64,000 nt of DNA from Anaeramoeba ignava BMAN (Eukaryota > Protista > Anaeramoebae). The stretch covers positions 62,001 through 126,000 of the forward strand of contig JAPDFW010000115.1 of NCBI GenBank assembly GCA_028826165.1. The letters are read 5' to 3'. The notes under the pieces are model-generated. The model ran no database searches. It saw nothing but the letters and a program-made list of their open reading frames with translations, and had not been told where the DNA came from. Position 1 is the first letter of the stretch; each line of letters begins with the position of its first letter. Shown here piece by piece: positions 10,107 to 21,678 of the stretch. Made by a program: the position numbers and the translations under genes.

Positions 10107-13100
10107 TTAGATTTTTTGGAAATAATTATAAGGGAAAAAGCCTTTTTTTCCATTCATACTGCCTTCCCACCAACCATCATCATGTTCCTTTTCGACTTCT
10201 ACGATATCATTAACTCTAAAAGAAAGTTCACCTTCTTGACCATCATAATCATACAAAGCCTTCATTCTTGGTTTAGAAGGTTTTGGTGGAGATCTTGCAC
10301 CAAAAGGTCTTGGTGGTTTTTGGGATTGTTGAGGACTAAAAGAAGGTTTTGGTCCTGCTCCAAAAGAAGGTTTTTGAGATTGTTGAGGACTAAAAGAAGG
10401 TTTTTGGGATTGTTGAGGACTAAAAGAAGGTTTTTGAGATTGTTGAGGACTAAAAGAAGGTTTTGGTCCTGCTCCAAAAGAAGGTTTATTTCCTCCTCCA
10501 AAATTTGGGGATTTATTTGCACCTCCAAAACTGGATTTAGGACTTGCTCCAAATGATTTAGCTCCGCCACCAAATGAAGGTTTATTTCCTCCACCAAAAG
10601 AAGGTTTTTGATTTGCTGCAAATGATTTATTTCCACTAGTAAAATTTGCTGGTGATGCTCTTTTTGCTCGTGCTGCTAATGCTTGTCCTAATCCCATTGG
10701 ACCACCCATTGGACTTGAATTAGTAGTTGATTTATCAGAGGTTAAAGAAGGAGCAGATCTATCGTTAGTAACAGCTTTTTTCAATTTGCCTTTTTTAAAT
10801 GATTCAATTGATCCAAGAAGAGCGGATCTTGATTTTGTAGTTGGTGGTGGATTTGAATTGTTTGGAGGTGGATTTCCTTTAGGAGGAGGCGGACCACCTT
10901 TAGGTGGAGGAGGACCGCCCATTGGTGGAGGAGGACCGCCCATTGGTGGTTTTGGTCCCATTGTTGGTTTTGGACCTAATGTTGGTTTTGCTCCAAATGT
11001 TGGTTTTGGTCCAACTGCTGGTTTTGGACCTAATGGTGGTTTTGGTCCCATTGGTGGTTTTGGACCTAATGGTGGTTTTGCTCCAAATGTTGGTTTTGGT
11101 CCAACTGCTGGTTTTGGTCCTGGTTTTGGTGGTGGTGATTTTGGGCTTGGTGGTTTATTTGCTCCGAATGATCTCGGACTTGGTGATTTTTTGGCTCCAA
11201 ATGTTGGTTTTGCTCCAAATCCACTTTGTTGTGCCATCGGTGGTTTTGCTCCAAATGTTGGTTTTGCTCCAAATCCACTTTGTTGTCCCATCGGTGGTTT
11301 TGCTCCAAATGCTGGTTTTGCTCCAAATCCACTTTGTTGTCCCATCGGTGATTTAGGTTTAGGTGGTGGACTTGCTCTTACTGTTTCTTCTATTATGTCT
11401 AAGTAGTTTAGTGGTACTACTCCTTTTTTTCCGTTCAATACTGCATCTCCCCATCCATCTTGATGTTGTTGAGTAATTTCTAATTTATCTCCTAATGAAA
11501 ATGATAATTCTGATGGATCTGATCCTTGAAAATCATATTTCGCAATTCCCATAGTTTTTTTAACAGCCGCTTGTGGCTTTTATCATTTTAATTTTAATTT
11601 TAATTTTAATTTTAATTTTAATTTTAATTTTAATTTTAATTTTAATTTTAATATTAATATTAATTTTAATTTTAATTTTAATTTTAATTTTAATTTTAAT
11701 TTTAATTTTAATTTTAATTTTAATTTTAATTTTAATTTTAATATTAATATTAATTTTAATTTTAATTTTAATATTAATTTTAATTTTAATTTTTAATTTT
11801 AATTTTTAATTTTTAATTTTAATTTTAATTTTAATTTTAATTTTAATTTTAATTTTAATTTTAATTTTAATTTTAATTTTAATTTTAATTTTAATTTTAA
11901 TTTTAATTTTAATTTTAATTTTAATTTTTAATTTTAATTTTAATTTTAATTTTAATTTTAATTTTAATTTTAATTTTAATTTTAATTTTAATTTTTAATT
12001 TTAATTTTAATTTTAATTTTAATTTTAATTTTAATTTTAATTTTAATTTAATTTTAATTTTAATTTTAATTTTTAAATTTTAATTTTAATTTTAATTTTA
12101 ATTAATTTTAATTTTAATTTTAAATTTAAATTTTAATTTTAATTTTAATTTTTAATTTTTAATTTAATTTTAATTTGATTTTTAATTTTAATTTTAATTT
12201 TAATTTTAAATTTCAATTTTAATTTTTAATTTTAATTTTAAATTTCAATTTTAATTTAATTTTAATTTTAATTTTTATATTTAATTTTAATTTTAATAAA
12301 TGAATTTTAATTTTAATTTTAATTTTAATTTTAATTTTTTAATTTTAATTTTTAATTTTAATTTTAATGAATATTAATTTTAATTTTAATTTTAATTTTA
12401 ATTTTAATTTTAATTTTAATTTTAATTTTAATTTTAATTTTAATTTTAATTTTAATTTTAATTTTAATTTTAATTTTAATTTTAATTTTAATTTTAATTT
12501 TAATTTTAATTTTAATTTTAATTTTAATTTTAATTTTAATTTTAATTTTAATTTTAATTTTAATTTTAATTTTAATTTTAATTTTAATTTTAATTTTAAT
12601 TTTAATTTTAATTTTAATTTTAATTTTAATTTTAATTTTAATATTAATTTTTAATTTTAATTTTAATTTTAATTTTAATTTTAATTTTAATTTATAAATG
12701 AATTTTAATTTTAATTTTAATTTTAATATTAATTTTAATTTTAATTTTAATTTTAATTTTAATTTTAATTTTAATTTTAATTTTAGTTTTAATTTTAATT
12801 TAAATTTTAATAAATGAATTTTAATTTTAATTTTAATTTTAATTTTAATTTTAATGAATCTATTATTGAACATTTTATTTACAGGAGATCTATTTTGAGG
12901 ACTACCAAAAGATTTTGGACTAGAATTAAATTTAGGAGGTGAAGTTTTAGCACCTCCACCAAAAGAAGGCTTAGCACCTCCACCGAAAGTAGGAGGTTTA
13001 GCACCTCCACCAAAAGAAGGTTTAGCACCTCCACCAAAAGTAGGAGGTTTAGCTCCTCCACCAAAAGAAGGTTTAGCTCCTCCACCAAAAGTAGGTTTAG

Positions 13101-14646
13101 CTCCTCCACCAAAAGAAGGTTTAGCTCCTCCACCAAAATTTGGTGGTGATCCTCTTTTTGCTCGTGCTGCTAAAGCTTGTCCTAATCCCATTGGTCCTCC
13201 TCCTTGTGTTGGTGTTTTTTCTGCTGTTAAAACTGGTGCTGATCGATCGTTTGTAACTGCTTTTTTTAATTTTCCTTTTCTAAATCCTTCTATTGATCCT
13301 AATAAATTCTTTCGATCTTTTGTTACTGCTGGTGGTTCTGTTTATTTTGTTGTTTTTTTATTTAGTTTTTTGTTTTTCTTTTAAATTTTTTTTTGTTTAA
13401 TTTTACGTGATGTTGGAGGTGGTGGTCCAGCTATTTTAAATTTAATTTTATATTTATATTTAATTTTAATTTTAATTTTAATTTTAATTTTAATTTTAAT
13501 TTTAATTTTAATTTTAATTTTAATTTTAATTTTAATTTTAATTTTAATTTTAATTTTAATTTTAATTTTAATTTTAATTTTAATTTTTAATTTTAATTTT
13601 AATTTTAATTTTAATTTTAATTTTTAATTTTAATTTTATTTAATTTTATTTTAATTTTAATTTTTAATTTTAATTTTAATTTTAATTTTTATATTTATAT
13701 TTAATTTTAATTTTTAATTTTAATTTTAATTTTAATTTTAATTTTAATTTTAATTTTAATTTTATAAATGAATTTTAATTTTAATTTTAATTTTAATTTT
13801 AATTTTAATTTTTAATTTTAATTTTAATTTTAATTTTAATTTTATTTTTAATTTTAATTTTAATTTTAATTTTAATTTATAATTTTTAATTTTAATTTTT
13901 AATTTTAATTTTGATTTTAATTATAAATTGAACATCCTAAAAATTTTTCAAATAAAAATCAAATAAAAAAATACCTCCCATTGGTGGTGGTGGTGGTCCG
14001 CCGCCTAATTATTTAATACGAAAAAAAAAAGCAAATTTAAATCAATAAAATACAAAAAAATAAATTAAATTAATATTAAAAAAAAGCACTAACCCATTGG
14101 TGGAGGTGGTGGTCCGCCTATTTAATTTGAAATAGGAAAATATTTAGAATAAGTTTTTATTATTTATGTTTAAAAAATTTTTATTTAAGAAAAATAGAAA
14201 TTGTTTTATTTTTTTTTTACAAACCTGATGTTTCTTTTTTATAATTAAATTAAAATTGAAAATTAATTGATATTATCAAAATTAATTGTTTTAAAACATT
14301 GACAAGCAAAAACAATATAATTTGAATATGAAAAGCAATTTTGAAATTGGAATTTAAATCAATGTCAATATCAATGTCAATTTTAATGTGAATTTTAATT
14401 TTGAATTTTGAATTTTGAATTTTGAATTTTGAATTTTTAAAGAGAAAAAAAGGGGTGAGTATCATTGATGAGTCAACAAATAATTCTAATCTTTTTAAAA
14501 ATAAAAGAATTTCTTACTATTTTTGTTTTCTATTAATTTTATAAATAATAAAAAAATAAGAAAATTAATTTTTAAATTGAAATTTATTTTTGTTTTCATT
14601 TTTAGAAAAAGAAAAGAAAATAAAACTTACTTTTTCTTCCAAACAT
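10107..14646 (-). CDS. WIP/verprolin-like actin regulator, [polyPro-WH2-low complexity-SH3] x2, ~675 aa. Exons 14631-14646, 14225-14233, 14094-14117, 13975-14004, 13407-13430, 12883-13337, 10107-11576
   Basis: All junctions are GT-AG and in frame, giving MFGRKKTSGGPPPPPMGGGPPPPPMGAGPPPPTSQPPAVTKDRKNLLGSIEGFRKGKLKKAVTNDRSAPVL... Two WIP-type WH2 motifs (LL.SI..GKLKKAVTNDRSAP) and two SH3 domains (AKYDF...ELSF...DGW...G..P.NY; ALYDY...ELSF...GWW.G...GFFP.NY). The 9-nt exon is the least certain. Confidence 0.85.
11577..12882 (-). repeat. 1306-nt intron of (AAAATT)n satellite (TTTTAA on + strand)
   Basis: Donor GTAAAT at 12882 and acceptor AAG at 11577. The phase-0 join gives NRSP|PQAAVKKTM. Confidence 0.9.
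13431..13974 (-). repeat. 544-nt intron of (AAAATT)n satellite
   Basis: GTATTT...TAG between two polyproline micro-exons. Confidence 0.8.
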
Positions 14647-14833
14647 TATTTTAAAAAAATTAAAAAAAAAAATGAAAAATAAAAAGAAGAAAAACTCAAA
14701 AAAATAAGAAAAAATAACTAATTTTTCAAAAAAATTAATAATTTAAATTTCTTTTTTATTTTTTATTTAATTAATTCAAAATAAAAAAAAAAGTGGAATA
14801 AAAAATAAAAAAGTGGAATGAATAGAAAATGTT

Positions 14834-17025
14834 TTAATAATTTTGATTTAGTAATTGTTGTTTTAATTGTTGTTCTCTTAATTTCAACTCTTCTTCTTGT
14901 TTTTTTAATTCAAGAATTTGAATTTTAATTTGTTGTCTTTGAGTTTTGAGTTGATAAATTTGAATTTTCAATTCATTTTGAGGTTTTTTCAAATCAGTTT
15001 CTTGAGATTTCAAATCATTTTGGATATAATTTTGTTGAAAATTTTGTTGATAATCTACTTCATAATTTTGTTGATAATTTGCTTCATAGTTTTGAGTAGG
15101 ATTTTGAGGAGGTGATCCTAATTTTGATATTGATTTTATTTTTAATTTAATTTTAATTTAATTTAATTTAATTTATTTTGATTTTAATTTTGAATTGATT
15201 TTAATTTGATTTCAATTTAATTTTGATTTTGATTTTGATTTTGATTTTCAATTTGATTTTTGATTTTGATTTTGATTTTTGATTCAATTTAATTTTAATT
15301 CAATTTTTATTTTGATTTAATTTTAATTCAATTTAATTCAATTTAATTTAATTTGATTTTCAATTTAAATTAATTGATTTAATTTTTTGATTTTCATTTT
15401 AATTCAATTTTAATTTTTTTTTTTTCCTTTTGAAATTTTGATTTAATTTTTGATTTTGATTTTGATTGGATTTAAAAAGAATAAAATTAATTTAATTAAA
15501 TGGAATAAAGAAATTGCTTATTTTGATTTTATTTTTTTTAATTTTGATTTTTGATTTTTATTGTTATTTATGTTTAAATTTTTTATTTAAGAAAAATTTT
15601 GATTTTGATTTTGATTTTGATTTTAATTTTGTTTTTGATTTTGATATAAAATTTTTGAAAATTTTTGATTTTGATTTTGATTTTAATTGTTTGAAATTTT
15701 GATTTTGATTTTGAAAAAAATTTAAAAAAGCAATTTTGATTTTGGAATTTTGAATCAATTTATTTTGATTTTGATTTTAATTTGGATTTAATTTGAAATT
15801 TGATTTTCAAAATAAATGGAATAAAAAAACGAACTGCTTGGTGGTTTTGGTGGTGGTCCGCCTAATTTTTTGAAAAGGAAAATATTTAGTTTTTCTATTT
15901 TTTTATTTATGTTTAAAAAAATTTTTAAAAAGAAAAATAGAAATTGTTTCAAAACAAACCTGAATAATTTTTATAATTAAATTAAAATTGAAAATTAATT
16001 GAAAATCAAAATTAAAAAAAAATTGACAACAAAAACAATATAATGAAAAAAAAAATTTTGAAAAAATGAATTTAATAATTATATTGATTTTTGATTGTTC
16101 TTTTAATTTTTAATTAATTTGTTTTTGAATTTAAGTTCTTCTTCTTTTTAGTTCCATCATTTGAGTTTGAATTTTTTTTTTTCTAATTCTAATTCTTGAG
16201 ATTTTCAAATCATTTTGTTGATAATAAAAATTTTTTGATAATTAGTTTGTTTCAATTATAATCTTGAGAATAATTTGGTTGTTTCTTTTTTTTGATAATT
16301 TTGTTTTGTTGAAAAAAGAAAAATAATTCTTCAATAAAAAACTGTTGGAATGAAAAATAATCAAATAAAAATTGAAATGATTTTGATTTTGTTTAATAAT
16401 TTTCTTTTTTGATAATCTTGAGATTTAATTTTTGTTTTTTGATTTGATATTTTTGTTTTTAATTCCATCATTTTGATTTTTGATTTTTGCTTTTGAATTT
16501 GATTTTTTTGTTTTTCAATTCATCTTTAATTTTTGATAATTTTCATGTTCTTTTTGATTTCAAATCATTTTGAATAATTTTTGAGAATTATTTGATTTTG
16601 TTATTTTGATTTTGATTTTGATTTTGATTTTGAATTTAGATATGATTTAATTTAGATTTGAATTTTGATTTTGATTTTGATTTTGATATGATTTTGATTT
16701 TTGATTTTGATAATTTTGATTTTGATTTTGGTTTTGATTTTGATTTTGATTTTGATTTTGATTTTGATTTTGATTTTGATTTGATTTTGATTTGGTTTTT
16801 GATTTGGATTTTGATTTATATTTATATTTTTAATTTTGAATTTTTATTTAAATAAAGTTTTTACTTGAGTTGAATTTGTATTTGCTGGTTTAAAAACGAA
16901 AGTTGCTTTTTTTGGTTTCTAAGAATATTGAAATAGTAAAAAAAATTAAAATTAAAATTATTTTTTTGTTGATTTGCTGTTTTAAAATAAAAATTATTTT
17001 ATTTACTTGTAGGTACAGCTCCCAT
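14834..17025 (-). CDS. Tentative small Pro-rich/coiled-coil protein (~109 aa); exons 17007-17025, 15835-15861, 14834-15117
   Basis: GT-AG, phase-1 compatible joins give MGAVPTSGPPPKPPSRSPPQNPTQNYEANYQQNY...LKIQIYQLKTQRQQIKIQILELKKQEEELKLREQQLKQQLLNQNY*. The last exon is open for 284 nt. The ~190-bp gaps to both neighbours match local gene spacing. The link to the first exon is uncertain. Confidence 0.4.
16070..16918 (-). pseudogene. Decayed copies of the Q/N/K-rich coiled-coil exon plus an orphan exon-like segment (16865-16918)
   Basis: Frameshifted fragments such as YQQNDLK.SQELELE..QTQMMELK..EELK resemble the 14834-15117 exon. 16865-16918 is AG/GT-bounded but phase-incompatible with the 17007-17025 exon. 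Confidence 0.4.
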
Positions 17026-17217
17026 TAAAAATAAATTATAAAATAATCCAAAAATTGAAAAATGAAAAAGTAAAAAAAATGAAAAAAAAAAATGTTTAAT
17101 GAAAAAAATGTTTGATTGTTTTTATATTCTTTTAAAAAAAAATGAAAAGAAAACAATTAGAATAAAAAAAAAGTGGAATTATTTTTTAAGAATTAAAGAT
17201 AAAAAGAAAAAGTGGAA

Positions 17218-20200
17218 TTATTTTTGTTCTTCTTCTTTTTTTTTTGATAAATTGAAAATGTTTTTATAATAAAAATCAAGTAAATAAGATCCTAAAATTG
17301 ATTTTGGATTTAATAGAAAATAATCTTTTACATCAGTAAATTCTTCAAATATTTCTTGGTTTAATTTTGTTTCATCGATTTTATCATGATAAAGAAAATA
17401 AATTAATTGTTGAATTGTTTCAAATAATTTTCCTGAATAATCATGAACTTGATTTGAAGTATCATTAACATTCAATAAAAACATTCCTTTAAATAATTCA
17501 CTTCTTATTTGTAATATTAATTTATGAACTTTAATTTCTTTTTCTTCACAAATTATTGTAAAATCTTTGGTTTCATTTTGTTGATATAATTTATGGAAAT
17601 CTTTTAATATTCCTTTTATTCCTTCTTTTTCTTTAATCCAATTTAAATCAAATCCTGTTTTTTCAAATAAATCATAAGTTAATACTTTTTCAATTTCTTC
17701 AATTTCAATTTCTTTCATTCTTTCATTTTTTCTTTCATCTTGAATTTGTTTCTTTTCTTGAATTTGTTTCCTTTGTTTAATTTGATTTTTAAAATTGATT
17801 AAATTTTGAAATCTTTGAAGAAAATAATCAAAATTAACAAATCCAGTATAAAGAAAATTTAAAGCTAATTGAATATCTTTTTTTGGTTTTCTTCTGCAAA
17901 TATTGATAAATCTTGTTAAATTTGTTTGATTATTATCAAATCTTGTTAAAAGAATTAAATGATGAGCTTTGATTATTTCTCCATCATTACATTTAATTTC
18001 AATATCTGCAAATTCATTTGATTTCAAAAAATTGTTTAAATCTTCATTAAACGAATAAATTTTTGGAAATAAACCAATCATTTCTCGATTAATTTCATAA
18101 TCTTTCAAATCAAAAACATTTCCACCATTAACCATCAAGGATAGCATAAATGGAATATTTTTATTTTTACATGCATAATTTAAAACTGTTTCATTTTTAT
18201 TTGTTTTTGAATTAATATCAATTCCTTTTGAAAGTAAATATTTAATAATTTCAAGTGAAAAGCTTTTCTGTTTGCAAGCATAATGTAAAATTGTTTTCTT
18301 TTTCTCTTTTGTAATTGAATTAATATCAATTCCTGATGAAATTAAATATTCAATCATTTCAAGTGAAATATTTGGATTACGACAAGCATAATGTAAAATT
18401 GTTTTATTTCGATTTGCTTTTGAATTAATATCAATTCCTGATGAAATTAAATATTTAATAATTTCAAGTGAAATATTTGGATTTTGGCATGCAATATGTA
18501 AAGCTGTTTTTTTTAAACCTGTTATTTTTGAATTAATATCAATTCCTGATGAAATTAAATATTTAATAATTTCAAGTGAAATATTTGGATTCAAACATGC
18601 ATAGTGTAAAATTGTTTCATTTTTATTTGTTTTTGAATTAATATCAATTCCTTTTGAAAGTAAATATTTAATAATTTGAAGTGAAATATTTGGATTTTGG
18701 CATGCAATATGTAAAATTGTTTCATTTTGAATTGTTTTTGAATTAATATCAATTCCTTTTGAAAATAAATATTTAATAATTTCAAGTGAAATATTTGGAT
18801 TACGACATGCATAATTTAAAATTGTTTTAGTTTGAATTGTTTTTGAATTAATATCAATTCCTTTTGAAAGTAAATAGTCAATAATTTCAAGTGAAATATT
18901 TGGATTTTGGCATGCATAATGTAAAACTGTTTCATTTTTATATTTTGTAATTGAATTAATATCAATTCCTTTTGAAAATAAATATTTAATAATTTCAAGT
19001 GAAATATTTGGATTCAAACATGCATAATGTAAAATTGTTTTATTTTTATTTGTTTTTGAATTAATATCAATTCCTTTTGAAAGTAAATATTTAATAATTT
19101 CAAGTGAAATATTTTTATTTGGATTCAAAAATGCATAATGTAAAACTACTTCATCTTTATTTGTTTTTGAATTAATATCAATTCCTTTTGAAAGTAAATA
19201 TTTAATAATTTTAAGTGAAATATTTGGATTTGGATTCAAACATGCAATATGTAAAACTGTTTCATTTTGATTTGTTTTTGAATTAATATCAATTCCTTTT
19301 GAAAGTAAATATTCAATAATTTCAAGTGAAATTTTTGGATTCAAACACGCATAATGTAAAGCTACTTCATCTTGATTTGTTTTTGAGTTAATATCAATTC
19401 CTTTTGAAAGTAAATATTCAATAATTCCAAGTGAAATATTTTTATTTGGATTTAAGCATGCATAATGTAAAACTGTTTCATTTTTATTTGTTTTTGAGTT
19501 AATATCAATTCCTTTTGAAAGTAAATATTCGATAATTCCAAAGGAAATATTTGGATTTAAGCATGCAATATGTAAAATTGTTTCATTCCATCCAGTTTTT
19601 GAATTAATATCAATTCCTTTTGAAAGTAAATATTCAATAATTTGAAGGGAAGTATTTGGATTTAAGCATGCAATATGTAAAAATGTTTCATCTTGAATTG
19701 TTTTTGAGTTAATATCAATTCCTTTTGAAATTAAATATTTAATAATTCCAAGTGAAATATTTGAATTTTTGCATGCATAATGTAAAACTGTTTCATCTTT
19801 ATTTGTTTTTGAGTTAATATCAATTCCTTTTGAAAGTAAATATTCAATAATTTCAAATGAAATATTTGGATTTAAACATGCAATATGTAAAAATGTTTCA
19901 TCTTGATTTGTTTTTGAGTTAATATCAATTCCTGATGAAATTAAATATTTAATAATTCCAAGTGAAATATTTGGATTTAAACATACATAATGTAAAACTG
20001 TTTCACCATAAATTGTTTTTGAATTAATATCAATTCCTTTTGAAAGTAAAAATTCAGTCATTCCAAGTGAAATATTTGGATTTAAGCATTCAATATGTAA
20101 AACTGTTTCATTTTGATTTGTTTTTGAATTAATATCAATTCCTTTTGAAAGTAAATAGTCAATAATTTCAAATGAAATATTTGGATTTAAACATGCAATA

Positions 20201-20391
20201 TGTAATGAATTTCTTCTTTTTTCATCAATTAAATTTAGATTTGCACCTTTTGAAATTAAAAGTTCAATTATTTCTTTTGAAACTTGTTTTTCTATTGCAA
20301 AATGTAAAATTGGTTTTTGTTCTTTTATTAATTGATTTTCTGGAATTAATTCAATTTCTTTTAATTTTTGAAAATTGTTTTCTTCAATCAT
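17218..20391 (-). CDS. Ankyrin-repeat (~21) + tandem BTB/POZ protein (type B); true start possibly 21413 via a (DNK)n leader
   Basis: 35-aa ankyrin units (ETxLHxACxNPNISLEIIxYLxSKGIDINSK). BTB1 FADIEIKCNDGEIIKAHHLILLTRF...ALNFLYTG; BTB2 KDFTIICEEKEIKVHKLILQIRSELFKGMF...QLIYFLYHD. Confidence 0.92.
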   Translation of the reverse strand: MIEENNFQKLKEIELIPENQLIKEQKPILHFAIEKQVSKEIIELLISKGANLNLIDEKRRNSLHIACLNPNISFEIIDYLLSKGIDINSKTNQNETVLHIECLNPNISLGMTEFLLSKGIDINSKTIYGETVLHYVCLNPNISLGIIKYLISSGIDINSKTNQDETFLHIACLNPNISFEIIEYLLSKGIDINSKTNKDETVLHYACKNSNISLGIIKYLISKGIDINSKTIQDETFLHIACLNPNTSLQIIEYLLSKGIDINSKTGWNETILHIACLNPNISFGIIEYLLSKGIDINSKTNKNETVLHYACLNPNKNISLGIIEYLLSKGIDINSKTNQDEVALHYACLNPKISLEIIEYLLSKGIDINSKTNQNETVLHIACLNPNPNISLKIIKYLLSKGIDINSKTNKDEVVLHYAFLNPNKNISLEIIKYLLSKGIDINSKTNKNKTILHYACLNPNISLEIIKYLFSKGIDINSITKYKNETVLHYACQNPNISLEIIDYLLSKGIDINSKTIQTKTILNYACRNPNISLEIIKYLFSKGIDINSKTIQNETILHIACQNPNISLQIIKYLLSKGIDINSKTNKNETILHYACLNPNISLEIIKYLISSGIDINSKITGLKKTALHIACQNPNISLEIIKYLISSGIDINSKANRNKTILHYACRNPNISLEMIEYLISSGIDINSITKEKKKTILHYACKQKSFSLEIIKYLLSKGIDINSKTNKNETVLNYACKNKNIPFMLSLMVNGGNVFDLKDYEINREMIGLFPKIYSFNEDLNNFLKSNEFADIEIKCNDGEIIKAHHLILLTRFDNNQTNLTRFINICRRKPKKDIQLALNFLYTGFVNFDYFLQRFQNLINFKNQIKQRKQIQEKKQIQDERKNERMKEIEIEEIEKVLTYDLFEKTGFDLNWIKEKEGIKGILKDFHKLYQQNETKDFTIICEEKEIKVHKLILQIRSELFKGMFLLNVNDTSNQVHDYSGKLFETIQQLIYFLYHDKIDETKLNQEIFEEFTDVKDYFLLNPKSILGSYLLDFYYKNIFNLSKKKEEEQK

Positions 20392-20439
20392 TTGCCAAAT
20401 ATCTTCAATCTCTTTTATTTTTGAATCCTTTCAATAATC

Positions 20440-21413
20440 TTCAATTCTTCTTTATTATCTTTTATTATCTTTATTATGTTTTTAATATCTTTAATATCTT
20501 TATTATCTTTAATATCTTTATTATTATCTTTATTATCTTTATTATCTTTATTATCTTTATTATCTTTATTATCTTTTAATATCTTTATTATCTTTAATAT
20601 CTTTATTATCTTTTAATATCTTTATTTTTTCTTTAATATCAATTTTTTTTAAATATTTTTTATTATCTTTATTATCTTTATTATCTTTATTATCTCTTTA
20701 TTATCTTTATTATCTTTATTATCTTTATTATCTTTTATTATCTTTATTATCTTTATTTATCTTTATTATCTTTACTTTATTATCTTCATTATATTTAATA
20801 TCTTTATTATCTTTATTATCTTTTTTATCTTTAAAAATTATGAAATTTGTTTTGCTCTTTATTATCTTTTTTATCTTTTTATTTTTATTTATATTTTTTT
20901 CTTTATTATTTTTTTTCTTTTTTTTCTTTTTCTTTCTTATCTTTATTAATATTTTTATTATCTTTATTATCTTTATTATCTTTTTATCTTTTATTATCTT
21001 TTATTATCTTTATTATCTTTATTATCTTTTATTATCTTTTTATCTTTATTATCTTTATTATCTTTTTATCTTTTTTTATCTTTATTATCTTTATTATCTT
21101 TATTATCTTTATTATCTTTATTATCTTTATTATCTTTATTATTTATCTTTATTATCTTTATCTTTATTATCTTTAATATCTTTTATTATCTTTAATATCT
21201 TTTAATATCTTTATTATTGTTTTTGTGTGTTTTTTATTATCTTTATTATCTTTAATATCTTTAATATCTTTAATATCTTTATTATCTTTTTATTATCTTT
21301 TAATATCTTCATTATATATCTTTATTATCCTTAATATCTTTATTATCTTTATTATCTTTAATATCTTTATTATCTTTAATATCTTTATTATCTTTATTAT
21401 CCTTATTATTCAT
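20440..21413 (-). repeat. (GATAATAAA)n 9-mer satellite headed by ATG AAT AAT AAG GAT (degenerate DNK-coding leader)
   Basis: (TTTATTATC)n on the + strand. ATG at 21413-21411. Many indels break the frame. Confidence 0.85.
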
Positions 21414-21516
21414 TTTTGTGTGCTTGTTTGTGTTTTTATTAAAATAAAAAAATGGAAAAAAAAATCTTTTTTTTTTATATTTTTGAATAAAAAAGAAGAA
21501 GAAAGCAAAAAAAAAG

Positions 21517-21632
21517 TTTGTTTGTTTGTTTGTTTGTTTGTTTGTTTGTTTGTTTGTTTGTTTGTTTGTTTGTTTGTTTGTTTGTTTGTTTGTTTGTTTG
21601 TTTGTTTGTTTGTTTTTTTGTTTGTTTGTTTT
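21517..21632. repeat. (GTTT)n microsatellite
   Basis: Direct reading. Confidence 0.95.
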
Positions 21633-21678
21633 ATTTTATTTGCTTTTATTTTATTTGCTTTTATTTTATTTGCTTTTA

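Noticed and set aside
10116-11406. Gly-rich and other antisense or alternate-frame ORFs over the SH3/WH2 gene
   Set aside because: They are shadows of Pro-rich repetitive codons on the coding strand.
11573-12880. ORFs of ILILIL, NFNFNF and KIKIKI
   Set aside because: These are translations of stop-free hexamer satellite inside an intron. The same applies to 25738-26047, 29901-30572 and 61565-61789.
13915-13940. Alternative TAG acceptor at ~13937 giving a short GCSIYN* product
   Set aside because: It would need a 38-nt intron and truncates the protein before the WH2. There is no supporting evidence.
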